The notes: generated by a model from the letters alone, not told the origin. Positions 39,282-52,546 are shown, counted from the first letter of the stretch. The stretch: 64,000 nt of DNA from Solirubrobacterales bacterium (GCA_003132505.1 PKXY01000026.1:79396-143395), one strand, 5' to 3'. Numbers and translations are program-made.

Positions 39282-40270
39282 TGCCCACCCCATTCGATGA
39301 CGCAACCACCCCAGGTGAAGCCCGCGCCCGCGGCAGCAAGCAGGATCCGCATACCCGTGCGCAGGCGCCCGTCGGCGCGTGCCTGTGCCAGCGCCAGCGG
39401 GACGCTCGCAGCGGAGGTGTTACCGAGCTCGGCGATGTGGTCGAGCAGTTTGACGAGCGGCACGTCGAGCCGCTCGGCGACCGCACGCAGGATGCGACTG
39501 TTGGCCTGGTGATAGACGAAGAGCTCGATCTCGTCCAGTGCGACGTCCGCGCGCTCGCAGGCGGCGACGGATCCCTCGGCGAGGCGTCGAACCGCCTGCT
39601 TGAACGTCTCGTGGCCGTCCATTGCGAGCAGCCCGGTATCCCGGTCGGCGACGATCAGCCCGCGATGGTTGCCGTCGCTGCCGAGCACGACGGGCCCGAT
39701 CGCGCCCGCCGCGCGTGCCGAGCAGACGACGGCGCCGGCACCGTCGCCGAACAACGCGGCGGTGTTCCGGTCGTGTGGGTCGACATGGCGCGACATGATC
39801 TCGGCGCCGATAACGAGCGCGTGGTCGGCACCTCCGGCGAGGAGGATCCCCCGTGCTGCCGCCAGCGCGGCGATGAAGCCGGTGCAGGCGCTGCCGACGT
39901 CGAACGCTCCGGCCCCGCCCGTGCCGAGCAAGTGCGCGACGACCGGCGCGGCGTTCGGCATCACGGAGTCCTGGCTGCAGGAGGCGACGAGCACGAGGTC
40001 GACCTGCGAGGCGTCGAGACCGGCATCCAGGAGCGCCGCGGCGCCGGCCTGCGCCGCCAGATCAGCGAGCGCCGAGCGCGGATCCGCGTACCGCCGCGCC
40101 CGGATCCCGGTGCGCTTGACGATCCACTCATCGGAGACGCCGATCAGCGGCGTGATCGCGGCGTTCTCGACAACGTCGGGGGGCAGCGCGCCGCCAACCC
40201 CGACGATCCCCGGATTCGTCGTCAGCGGCTCGACCGCTGAAGCGGCCGACCGCGTAGCTGCAGACGCCAC
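39278..40270 (-). CDS. fabH: beta-ketoacyl-ACP synthase III
   Basis: FDVGSACTGFIAAL (active-site Cys), YHQANSRI, GNTSAASVPL and GAGFTWGG. The GTG start is preceded by GGGGGA. Confidence 0.9.
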   Translation of the reverse strand: MASAATRSAASAVEPLTTNPGIVGVGGALPPDVVENAAITPLIGVSDEWIVKRTGIRARRYADPRSALADLAAQAGAAALLDAGLDASQVDLVLVASCSQDSVMPNAAPVVAHLLGTGGAGAFDVGSACTGFIAALAAARGILLAGGADHALVIGAEIMSRHVDPHDRNTAALFGDGAGAVVCSARAAGAIGPVVLGSDGNHRGLIVADRDTGLLAMDGHETFKQAVRRLAEGSVAACERADVALDEIELFVYHQANSRILRAVAERLDVPLVKLLDHIAELGNTSAASVPLALAQARADGRLRTGMRILLAAAGAGFTWGGCVIEWGGQ

Positions 40271-40395
40271 CTATCCCCCAATGCTCGCGTGCACGTAGAG
40301 AACTACGCAGAACAAAGGTGAGCGATACAGCACGCCGGCCCAATCAACCCCCGCTCGAGGGGTGCCAACCACCCGTTTGGGGGGGCCGACGGGAG

Positions 40396-41991
40396 TCAAG
40401 CGCGCCCCGCCGGGGCCTTGACCTCCTCGGCCTCCTCGGCCTGCTTGGTCTCGTGGTACTCCTGCTCGACGTTGACCGCCCAGATGTTGTCCTTCGTCTC
40501 GAGGCCGGCCGCGATGTTCTCCACGGCGACCATCGCCGTCAGCATCGAGTGATCCTGGTTGTTGTAGCGGTGCATGCCGTTGCGTCCAACCAGGAACAGG
40601 TTGGCGAAGCGATCGATGTAGCCGCGGACAATCTCGAACCGCTCGTAGGTACCGAAGTAGGCGGGATAGGCCTTGGGCACGTGGAGCACCGTGTGGTCGA
40701 GCACGTCGGCGCGCTCGACGAGGCCGAGCGCGCAAAGCTCGTCGATCGCGAACTGCGCGAACTCCTGATCGCCAAGCGACCACAGCTCGTCACCCTCGTT
40801 GGCGAAATACTCCATGCCGATCCAGATCGTGTCCGGGTCGGCGACCAGGTAAGGACTCCAGTTGTTGAAGATCTGAAGGCGACCAACCTTGACGTCGGGC
40901 TCCTGAACGTAGATCCAGTTGTCGGTCATGCCCGCGAGGTCGCCGCGCGCGCGCAGCAGCACGCCGACGGTGATGAAGTCGCGGTATTCGAGCCCGGCAG
41001 CAACTACGCGGACCAACTCGGGGACGTCGGCGTCGAGGCCCGCGATCAGCTCGCGGATCGGCATCGTCGAGAAGAAGTAGTCACCCTCAACGCGCGACTC
41101 CCGACCGCTGCCGTCGCGAACCGTGACGGCCGCGATCCGATCGCCCTCGGCATGGAACGCGGTGACGGTGGTGTCGAGGACGACCTGGCCGCCGCGCTCG
41201 ACGATGCGTCGCGTCACCTCCTCCCAGAGCTGGCCCGGACCCCGCTTGGGGTAGAGGAATCGCTCGATCAGGCTGGTCTCCGTGTCGCGCTGGTAGATGT
41301 CGCGGCCGGAGCGCGGACCGGGGAGCAGACCACGCGCGGCGTGCAGGAGGGCTCGCGACACCGAGAGCCCCTTGATCCGCTGGGCGCCCCAGTCCGCCTT
41401 GATCTGCTTCGGCGGGACCCCCCAGACCTTCTCGGTGTAGTCCTCGAAGAACGTGGCGTAGAGCTCCCGCCCGAAGCGGTTGATCATGAAGTCCTCGAGC
41501 GAGACCTCCTCGCGAATCGGCCGCAGTCGCGCGCGCAGGTAGCTCGTACCGATCCGAACCATGCGCGCCGGCCCGAGATTGCGCACGGTGGTCGCGTTGA
41601 TGCTCACCGGGTAGTCGAACATACGCCGCAGGTACATGATCCGCGAGCGCCGTTCGCGCAGCAGCATCACGAGCTCAGCCTCATCGGGATCGGGGCCGGT
41701 CGCGTCGGTATCGCCCAACGCAGGTGACCAGCCGGCCGCGGCCGACGCCCCGAGGCGCTGGAGCGGCAGGATCGTCGCCCACCAGTCCATCACGCGGCTG
41801 CTCTTCGAGAAGAAGCGGTGGCCGCCGATGTCGATCCGGTTCCCCTTGTAGTTGACGGTTTTCGCGAGGCCTCCGACCATCGAGTCCGCCTCGTAGACGA
41901 TCGGCACGACGTCGGTCTTGTCGAGCAGCTCGAGCGCAGCGGTCAGTCCCGCAGGACCACCTCCGGCGATGATGGCGACACGTTTGATCAT
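40396..41991 (-). CDS. FAD-dependent oxidoreductase (amine-oxidase/desaturase-like fold), substrate unknown
   Basis: The start is re-called to the ATG at 41991 ([23 protein letters not shown], a dinucleotide-binding GxGxxG). The remainder is collinear with large NAD(P)/FAD oxidoreductases. Confidence 0.7.
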   Translation of the reverse strand: MIKRVAIIAGGGPAGLTAALELLDKTDVVPIVYEADSMVGGLAKTVNYKGNRIDIGGHRFFSKSSRVMDWWATILPLQRLGASAAAGWSPALGDTDATGPDPDEAELVMLLRERRSRIMYLRRMFDYPVSINATTVRNLGPARMVRIGTSYLRARLRPIREEVSLEDFMINRFGRELYATFFEDYTEKVWGVPPKQIKADWGAQRIKGLSVSRALLHAARGLLPGPRSGRDIYQRDTETSLIERFLYPKRGPGQLWEEVTRRIVERGGQVVLDTTVTAFHAEGDRIAAVTVRDGSGRESRVEGDYFFSTMPIRELIAGLDADVPELVRVVAAGLEYRDFITVGVLLRARGDLAGMTDNWIYVQEPDVKVGRLQIFNNWSPYLVADPDTIWIGMEYFANEGDELWSLGDQEFAQFAIDELCALGLVERADVLDHTVLHVPKAYPAYFGTYERFEIVRGYIDRFANLFLVGRNGMHRYNNQDHSMLTAMVAVENIAAGLETKDNIWAVNVEQEYHETKQAEEAEEVKAPAGRA

Positions 41992-42058
41992 CGATGCCGG
42001 CCCATGTCGGTCTGGACGGTCCCACCCGACCGCCCGCTGATGATAACGGCCAAGGTCA

Positions 42059-42691
42059 CTACGACAGACCGAGGCGCTGGGCTCGCTGCACCGCTTCGGC
42101 GCGGTTGCGCGCGCCAAGCTTGCGATAGAGGCTACTCGTGTGTTCCTTGATCGTGTGCGGCGAGAGGTGCAGCGCCGCCGCGATCTCGCGGTTCGTCGAG
42201 CCGCCGGCGATCAGGTCCAGCACCTCGCGCTCGCGCGACGAGAGCGGGATCGCATCGACGTCCACCTGCGGCTGGAATACGGTCATGCCGAGGCCGACCA
42301 TCCGTACGGCGCGGGCGATGTCTGCCGCGCCCCAGTCCTTGGGGATGAAGCCGGACGCGCCCGCCGCCTTCGCCGCGCCGGGCGAGATGCGCCCGGCGCC
42401 CGAGATCAGCAGGATGTTCGTGCCCGGCGAGCGCTCGCGGAGCTGTGCGCTGATCTCGGGCCCAGACTCCTCGCCGATGAAGAGATCGACCAGCGCGACA
42501 TGTGGTTTGTAGCGCTCGGCCAGGGCATAGGCTTCGGCCGCCGAGCGCGAGCTGATGCACCGCTCGACCCAAGTCTGGTTGCCGAGCATCAGGCGAAAGC
42601 CCCAATGAACGACGTCGTGATCGTCGACGATCAGTACTCGCAGCTTGGTGTCGGCGTCGGCGGTGCCGAGCAGCTCGTCGGCCGTGCTCAC
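42059..42691 (-). CDS. NarL/LuxR-family response regulator
   Basis: REC domain ([12 protein letters not shown]..., VALVDLFIG) plus a LuxR-type HTH ([44 protein letters not shown]). Confidence 0.9.
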   Translation of the reverse strand: MSTADELLGTADADTKLRVLIVDDHDVVHWGFRLMLGNQTWVERCISSRSAAEAYALAERYKPHVALVDLFIGEESGPEISAQLRERSPGTNILLISGAGRISPGAAKAAGASGFIPKDWGAADIARAVRMVGLGMTVFQPQVDVDAIPLSSREREVLDLIAGGSTNREIAAALHLSPHTIKEHTSSLYRKLGARNRAEAVQRAQRLGLS

Positions 42692-43917
42692 CGCGGCGCG
42701 TCCTCTTCGCCGTGGGGCACCACGAGCCGCACCTGCCAGTTGCCGCCGTCGCGCGCTCCGAACTCGAGCAAGCCGCCCGCTTGGAGCGCCTCGAAGTTGG
42801 CGAGCCGCAGGCCCATGCCGGCAATCCCGGCCGGTCGGCCGCCTGCGCCGTCGTTCGTGACCTCGAGGACGAACGCGCCGTCGCGCAGCTCTGTGTGCAC
42901 GCCGACCCGTGTCGGATGGGCGTGCTTGAGTGCGTTGCGAATCGCCTCGGCAAGCACCGACTGGGCGAGCGCTTCGAGCCCGCCTGGCACGACGAGGCCA
43001 TCGTCGCCGTCGACGACGATGCCCAGGTCGGGATGCTCGTGGCGTAGACGCGCCACTTCTTCAACCAAGGTCGTGTTCGTCCGGCGCAGCGATCGGCCCA
43101 GGGGCCGCTGGATCGCGTTGCGCAGTTCGCTCAGCGCTTGCTGCAGCTCGTCGGCGCAGCGGCGTCGAGCCTGTTCGTCGAGGGGCTGGTCACCCGACAG
43201 CGCGAGCGAGATGCCGAACAGTCGCTGGATGACGCTCTCGTGCAGCTCGCGCGCGAGGTCGATCCTGGCTTCGAGTTGGACCGCCCGCTCGTACTGGCGC
43301 GTCGCGGCACGCGCCATCGCGGCCAGTGCGGCCATCTTGCCGAGAATCCAAAGCACTTCGCGCTCGCCGTCGCTCAGGGTCGCTTCGTCGCCGCCGCGGT
43401 CCGACAGGATCACGCCCATCCAGCGGCCGCGGGCCGAGATCGGCGTGCAGACGACCGTGCGTGCCCCGAGTCGCTCGACATACTCGGCAGGAAGCTGCTC
43501 GGTCAGATCGCTCGTCAGCTCGAGCACGCGGTCCTCGGCCAGCGCCCGCATCGCGAGCGGCGCGGACTCCGCCGTGAAGTAATAGTCGGCGAAGAGGTCG
43601 ACGTCGACGCCGTAGCTGCCCGCGGCGTAAACGCGCCGCCGAGCCGAGTCGTAGCGGAAGATCACGATCCGCGCCATCGCCGTGCAGCGGGTGATTCCCT
43701 CACAGAGCCGGCTATAGAAGTCGTCGCCGAGCGCTTCCTCCTCGCTCTTGGCCAGCACGTCGGCAAAGATCTCGAGCGCGTCGGCACTTGCGCTCGCGCT
43801 CGCGCTCGCTGCCAAGCGCGCCGTCGTCTCGTCTGTAGAGGAGCTCATCTGCTGTCGCGGCGTCAGGGACCCGCGCCTACATTGTCCACCCTGAGGCTGA
43901 GAAGTGAGCTGCGCCAT
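42688..43917 (-). CDS. cytoplasmic GAF-domain sensor histidine kinase (HisKA_3/NarX type)
   Basis: There is no TM segment. A GAF-like N-terminal half is followed by the H-box ARELHESVIQRLFG and an HATPase_c domain (NALKHAHP..., DDGAG, GMGL). The start is at 43917 or the ATG at 43848. The stop overlaps the regulator's start by 4 nt. Confidence 0.85.
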   Translation of the reverse strand: MAQLTSQPQGGQCRRGSLTPRQQMSSSTDETTARLAASASASASADALEIFADVLAKSEEEALGDDFYSRLCEGITRCTAMARIVIFRYDSARRRVYAAGSYGVDVDLFADYYFTAESAPLAMRALAEDRVLELTSDLTEQLPAEYVERLGARTVVCTPISARGRWMGVILSDRGGDEATLSDGEREVLWILGKMAALAAMARAATRQYERAVQLEARIDLARELHESVIQRLFGISLALSGDQPLDEQARRRCADELQQALSELRNAIQRPLGRSLRRTNTTLVEEVARLRHEHPDLGIVVDGDDGLVVPGGLEALAQSVLAEAIRNALKHAHPTRVGVHTELRDGAFVLEVTNDGAGGRPAGIAGMGLRLANFEALQAGGLLEFGARDGGNWQVRLVVPHGEEDAPR

Positions 43918-43943
43918 CGGCCGTCGCGCGTAGGCTGACGATC

Positions 43944-44846
43944 ATGGAGCTGCGCCACCTACGTTATTTCGTGGCCGTGGCCGAGGAGCTTCATTTCCAC
44001 CGGGCCGCCGAGCGACTGCACATCTCTCAGCCGCCGCTCTCGCAGCAGATCCGCGCGCTCGAGGCGGAGCTCGGCGTGGCGCTGTTTGAACGCAACCGCC
44101 GCCGCGTCGAGCTGACGCCGGCCGGCAAGAGCTTTCTCGCCGATACGCGCGCGATCCTCGAGGCAACTGAGCGTGCGGCCGACCGGGCCCGCCGGGTTGC
44201 CGCCGGCGAGCTGGGATCGCTGTCGGTCGGATTCGTCGGCTCGGCGACCTTTAGCCCGGTGCTCCCAGCAATCCTGCGCGACTTCCGCTCTCGCTTCCCC
44301 GACGTCGGGCTGAGCCTGCGCGAGCTGCAGACCGCCGAGCAGCTCGCCGCACTGATCGCGGGGCGCATAGACGTCGGCGTGATCCGCGGCCCGCTGGCGG
44401 AAGCCGAGCTCGACCCGGGGCTCGAGCTGGTGGTGATCCAGCGCGAGCAACTCGTCGTCGCGCTTCCCGAGACGCACCCGCTGGCCGGCAGCGCGCGTCT
44501 GCGCGCCGCCGATCTTCGCGGCGAGACCTTCGTGATTCTCCGCCGCCACGAGTCGCCGGGCCTCTTCGCCTCGCTGAACAGCGTGATGGGAACAGCCGGC
44601 GGCGTGCCGGAGGACGTACTCGAGGTGGCCGAGATCCAGACGATCCTCGCCCTGGTGGGCAGCGGCTTCGGCGTATCGCTCGTGCCCGCATCCGTCGGCG
44701 ATGCCGAGCGCGTCGGCGTCGCCTTCCGTCCCCTCGCCGACCCTTCGCCAACCACCGAACTCGCGCTCGCCTGGCGAAGCGCAACGAGTTCGCCGGTTCG
44801 GGACGCGTTCCTCGCGGTCGCGGTCACCCATCAGAGCGACGAGTGA
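43944..44846 (+). CDS. LysR-family transcriptional regulator
   Basis: MELRHLRYFVAVAEELHFHRAAERLHISQPPLSQQIRALE followed by a LysR substrate-binding domain. Confidence 0.9.
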   Translation: MELRHLRYFVAVAEELHFHRAAERLHISQPPLSQQIRALEAELGVALFERNRRRVELTPAGKSFLADTRAILEATERAADRARRVAAGELGSLSVGFVGSATFSPVLPAILRDFRSRFPDVGLSLRELQTAEQLAALIAGRIDVGVIRGPLAEAELDPGLELVVIQREQLVVALPETHPLAGSARLRAADLRGETFVILRRHESPGLFASLNSVMGTAGGVPEDVLEVAEIQTILALVGSGFGVSLVPASVGDAERVGVAFRPLADPSPTTELALAWRSATSSPVRDAFLAVAVTHQSDE

Positions 44847-45071
44847 GCTCCGTTCCGAAGCCTTTAAAGTGCAAAGCCCCCGCGGTTTGTCTGCTGCTGC
44901 GGAGGCGTTGCACGGAGGAGAGGGAGAGATGAGAGTACGTTCAAGGCGGTAAAACGTCCAATACATCTTTTCGCTGGCTGTGAGTCGTAGAGCCTTTCAC
45001 AGCCGTTGGCCCGCCGAACGCGTCAGATAACGTGCCGAGGGCAAGGCCTCCCAATCGCGATCGGAGACGAT

Positions 45072-45545
45072 GTGTCCGCAGAAGCAAGCCCAACCCTCCT
45101 TCTCTGCTACGACGGTTCCGCTCCAGCCACGCACGCGATAGCGGTCGCAGGTCATCTCTTCCCGGGCGCAACGGCGAAGGTGGTTCACGTCTGGGAGCCG
45201 GTCGAGCACATCGTCGCTCGCTATGCGGCGCTCGCGCCGTACCTCGGCGAGCAGATCACCGAGGCCGACGCCGGCGCCGAGCGGGAATCGAGCCTCGTCG
45301 CCCAAGAGGGAGCCAAGCACGCCAAAGCGGCCGGCCTCGCCGCCAGCGCCCACAACGTGACCCTCGCGACCACGGTCTGGGAGGCCGTGATCGCAGCGTC
45401 GAGCGAGCTTGGAGCGGACATAATCGTCACCGGCACGCGTAGCCTGCGCGGCGTCAGGGAGATGCTTGCTGGCACGCTCTCGCACGCGCTGGTCCAGCAC
45501 AGCAAGGTGCCCGTGCTTGCGATCCCCTCGCCCGCGCAGGACTGA
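45072..45545 (+). CDS. universal stress protein (UspA family)
   Basis: TLLLCYDGS..., ADIIVTGTRSLRGV and LGSVSH-like LAGTLSHALVQHSKVPVLAIP. The GTG at 45072 is preceded by GGAGA; the tracked start at 45006 is less likely. Confidence 0.8.
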   Translation: MSAEASPTLLLCYDGSAPATHAIAVAGHLFPGATAKVVHVWEPVEHIVARYAALAPYLGEQITEADAGAERESSLVAQEGAKHAKAAGLAASAHNVTLATTVWEAVIAASSELGADIIVTGTRSLRGVREMLAGTLSHALVQHSKVPVLAIPSPAQD

Positions 45546-45671
45546 GAACGCCGGGCACGCGGATCCTCGCCTTGCCTGGGTCCTCGATGTACGGACGGCT
45601 CAGCGACCTGATCGGCCGCCAGCGTGTGCTCTTCGCGCATCGCTGCACCCGGAGCCGAGCCGGCGTTGAGC

Positions 45672-47009
45672 TTAGGTTACGAAGCTCGCGGCGTAGGCGA
45701 TGAACGCGAGCCCAAGCACGGCGGCGCCAGCCAACTCGCGTAGCGATACGAGCTCGTCGCGGCGGACGGTGAAGAACAGCGCAAGCAGCGCAAACGGGTC
45801 GACGTACTTCTGCCAGGGGTAGCGGATCGCGAGCGCGCCGACGAGGAAGGTCGCGAAGAAAGCGAACAGCAGCCAGCGGCGGGGGCCGACGCGCCAGCGC
45901 CAGCCAAGGATCGCCCCCGCCAGCGGCACGAGTACCCAGAACAGGAGCGAGCTGCCGAGCGGGACCGGCAGGCGCTTCGCGGCGTTCCACAGCAAACCGG
46001 CCGCGTGAACGCCGGGCCGCGCCGGGAATGCAAGCAACAGCACAGCGCCGAGGACGAGTCCGACAGCGGGGGCGCGGAGCGCCGCGACAGTCTGGCTGCG
46101 ACTGGTGCCCCGCGAGGCCCAAGCCGCCTCCAGCAGCGTCGGCGCGAACAGCACCACGCCGTAGAGGCCGAACGTGGCCAGCGCCAGCTCGGGCGTCTGG
46201 ACCACGAGCGCACCCTGCGTGGCGCCGGCGTCACGCCCCGGAGCGCAGAGCGCGCAGGAGCTGGGATCACCGCCCGGCGGAACCAGTCCATGCCAGTCCA
46301 GGAAGAGCAAGCCGACGGGTATCGCGCTGATCGCCACACCAACGAGCAGCTCGGCCCGGCGCAGCAACGGCAGCCCGACCCACAACGCGTAGAGGCCGGC
46401 GACCGCGAGCATGAACGCGGCGCTCTGGCGGGTCAGCGTGGCCGCGGCCAGCGCGCAGCAGCCGACGAGAAAAGGGCCCGCCCGCTTGCTCTCGCGGAAG
46501 CGCTCGAAGCGCTCGATGGCAAGCACGATGAACAGCGTGGCGAGGTTGTCGGTGATCGCCCGAAACGAAGTGCCGAAGACATACGGCGACAGCACGAAGA
46601 GCACGCTCAGGGCAAGCGCCTGCAGCCGACGCAGTCCCAGGCGCCGCTCCAGCAGGACGTAGACGGCCAGCGCCAAGAGGTATGAGATCACGACCTCGAC
46701 GAACCGCATCTCCCACAGCGCGTAGCCGATCAGCTTGCCGAGATAGGCCTCGAGCAGCGGGAACAGCGGGGTCTGGGCCGCGACGTAATGGCCGAGGTCC
46801 GGGAAGGGAAGCTGGCGCGCGAACTGCCGGATCGTCGGGTAGATGTAGTTGCCCTCGTCCGTCGAGTGGAAGATCGGCAACGTGACCGTGAGACCACGCA
46901 GCGCGGCGACCATCACGACGAACGGGACCGCGAGCACCACCGGCACCAGCCAGCGGGAGTCCAGCCAGCGGGAGGAGTCCTCGGAAGTGGAGCGCTCAGC
47001 GCTACTCAT
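45672..47009 (-). CDS. polytopic membrane protein, probable GT-C fold glycosyltransferase (PMT/ArnT-like)
   Basis: The protein has more than 10 hydrophobic helices and a first-loop acidic motif (FHSTDEGNYIYP). The start is re-called to the ATG at 47009, because the tracked N-terminal extension is a translation of the tRNA-Pro gene. Confidence 0.55.
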   Translation of the reverse strand: MSSAERSTSEDSSRWLDSRWLVPVVLAVPFVVMVAALRGLTVTLPIFHSTDEGNYIYPTIRQFARQLPFPDLGHYVAAQTPLFPLLEAYLGKLIGYALWEMRFVEVVISYLLALAVYVLLERRLGLRRLQALALSVLFVLSPYVFGTSFRAITDNLATLFIVLAIERFERFRESKRAGPFLVGCCALAAATLTRQSAAFMLAVAGLYALWVGLPLLRRAELLVGVAISAIPVGLLFLDWHGLVPPGGDPSSCALCAPGRDAGATQGALVVQTPELALATFGLYGVVLFAPTLLEAAWASRGTSRSQTVAALRAPAVGLVLGAVLLLAFPARPGVHAAGLLWNAAKRLPVPLGSSLLFWVLVPLAGAILGWRWRVGPRRWLLFAFFATFLVGALAIRYPWQKYVDPFALLALFFTVRRDELVSLRELAGAAVLGLAFIAYAASFVT

Positions 47010-47098
47010 CGCCGGCGCCACGATAGGTGAACTCGGCGCCGAGGAGGTGCGCTCATCGGTGCCTCGAGCCGTCGCGCCGTCGGGGTGAGAATCGGCAG

Positions 47099-47172
47099 TC
47101 GGGGCGCCCGGATTCGAACCGGGGACCTCACCGACCCGAACGGTGCGCGCTACCAGGCTGCGCCACGCCCCG
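47099..47172 (-). tRNA. tRNA-Pro (anticodon CGG)
   Basis: Hand-folded cloverleaf: CGGGGCG-TG-GCGC-AGCCTGGTA-GCGC-G-CACCG-TTCGGGT-CGGTG-AGGTC-CCCGG-TTCGAAT-CCGGG-CGCCCCG-A. It is 74 nt and CCA is not encoded. Confidence 0.92.
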
Positions 47173-47358
47173 ACGCACCTCGGGAGTATTCCACAGGCGC
47201 GTGCTCCGCCGGCCTGCCGCAGCAATGGTGGCGCTGCGCGAGATCATCGTCGAGCTCGAGCAGCTGCTCGAGCCGGCGGTTGCTCGCGCCCCTCCCACGG
47301 CTGGGTCGAGATCCCAAGACCTTCTCAGCCGTTCTGGCCGTACTTTGCGCGACCGGGC

Positions 47359-47387
47359 TTGCACGCATCCGACGCAGGGTATATATG
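47359..47387 (+). promoter_or_regulatory. sigma70-like promoter candidate (TTGCAC ... TATATATG)
   Basis: TTGCAC at 47359..47364 is followed 15-17 nt later by an AT run, tatatatg (47380..47387). This is conspicuous in such GC-rich DNA and lies 35 nt upstream of the small gene's ATG. Confidence 0.45.
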
Positions 47388-47421
47388 TAGCGGCGGTCAC
47401 AAATACGAGGAGGACGCACCG

Positions 47422-47598
47422 ATGGCGAATCACCTGACGCCCACGGAGCTCGCGCGTGAAGCAGGCCTCGAACGCCGCGAAGTGATCTCCAAATGCATGG
47501 AGATGGGCGTCCCTATCTTCCAGGGTCGAATCGACAAGGCATTGTTCCTCGACAACCTTCGTATGTTGTCAATGGGCCGCCAGCCGGCGGAGGCCTAG
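47422..47598 (+). CDS. small (58 aa) helix-turn-helix-like protein, unknown function
   Basis: The ATG is preceded by GAGGAGGA 7 nt upstream. The product is MANHLTPTELAREAGLERREVISKCMEMGVPIFQGRIDKALFLDNLRMLSMGRQPAEA and looks like an IF2_N/excisionase-type HTH. The rest of the tracked ORF (47143..) is non-coding. Confidence 0.6.
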   Translation: MANHLTPTELAREAGLERREVISKCMEMGVPIFQGRIDKALFLDNLRMLSMGRQPAEA

Positions 47599-47614
47599 CG
47601 GCGCCAGGCAGCTG

Positions 47615-47649
47615 CAGCTGGTGTGCCGGCGCCACCGGCACACCAGCTG
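47615..47649 (+). terminator. perfect 15-bp hairpin 16 nt after the small gene's stop
   Basis: CAGCTGGTGTGCCGG-cgcca-CCGGCACACCAGCTG, read directly. Confidence 0.6.
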
Positions 47650-47722
47650 GATTGCGCTACGGGAGTCGCCGCGGAGGGGTTTACCCCGAGCCGTTCGAGG
47701 CATCCGGCCGTTATAGGCGGCG

Positions 47723-51935
<4,213 letters not shown>

Positions 51936-52120
51936 TCATCCCAGGATATTCGGGGACGCGGGCGTGCCGGCTGAGGACGCGGCGGTCCGTCGGCTTGGTC
52001 AAGCGCAACGACGGATGTTTGGCCTGCTGTCCATATCGCGCCGCATCGCGAAGACACAGACTCCGCCGCAGTCGTGCTGGACGCTGGAGGAGATCGATCT
52101 CGAGCACAGGAGCGGGTGCA

Positions 52121-52546
52121 TTGACGGGCAAGGCGAACATCCTGGTGGTGGCGAACCGAACTGCCCTGTCAGTCGGGCTTCAGGCGGCGCTTCGGGCGCG
52201 GCTCGAGAGCGGTCCGGCGAGGTTCACCCTGCTTGTGCCGTTGGGTCGCTCGCCTGACGCCGAGCGCACTGCGCAACACATCGCCTCGAGTCTCTGCGCA
52301 GCGGGCCTGGAGGTTTCCGGTCAGGCGGCGGACATCGACCCTCTCCATGCGGTCCTCGAAGTGTGGAACCCGGCGGAGTTCGACGAGATAATCGTGTCAA
52401 CCCTGCCCGCTGCGACGTCCCGCTGGATGAGGTCCGGTCTGCCCCGACGCGTCGAGCAGAGAACCGGTGCATTGGTCCGCCACGTCGAGGTGCGAGAGGT
52501 TCCCGCATTCGCGTCCAGCCGTCAGCGCGCGCACACCATGGTCTAG
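52121..52546 (+). CDS. hypothetical protein (conserved-looking ANILVVANRTA... N-terminus)
   Basis: The TTG at 52121 is preceded by AGGAG 8 nt upstream. The 141-aa product has an alternating strand/helix pattern, and I cannot name a family. Confidence 0.45.
   Translation: MTGKANILVVANRTALSVGLQAALRARLESGPARFTLLVPLGRSPDAERTAQHIASSLCAAGLEVSGQAADIDPLHAVLEVWNPAEFDEIIVSTLPAATSRWMRSGLPRRVEQRTGALVRHVEVREVPAFASSRQRAHTMV

Noticed and set aside
44847-45071. DevR/DosR-box-like palindrome (GGGAC...GTCCC) upstream of the USP gene
   Set aside because: I found no match by eye. The DosR analogy therefore rests only on gene content and is reported as inference.
47010-47225. N-terminal extension of the membrane-protein ORF (MLRQAGG...WRSLVARTVRVGEVPGSNPGAP...)
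   Set aside because: This stretch is the translation of the tRNA-Pro gene and its flanks. The real start is the ATG at 47009.
47099-47650. Possible integrated element at tRNA-Pro, with the small HTH protein acting as an excisionase
   Set aside because: No integrase is present, and I see no repeat of the tRNA 3' end by eye in the flanks. The adjacent genes (dacB, ligA, surE) are core housekeeping genes with the same composition.
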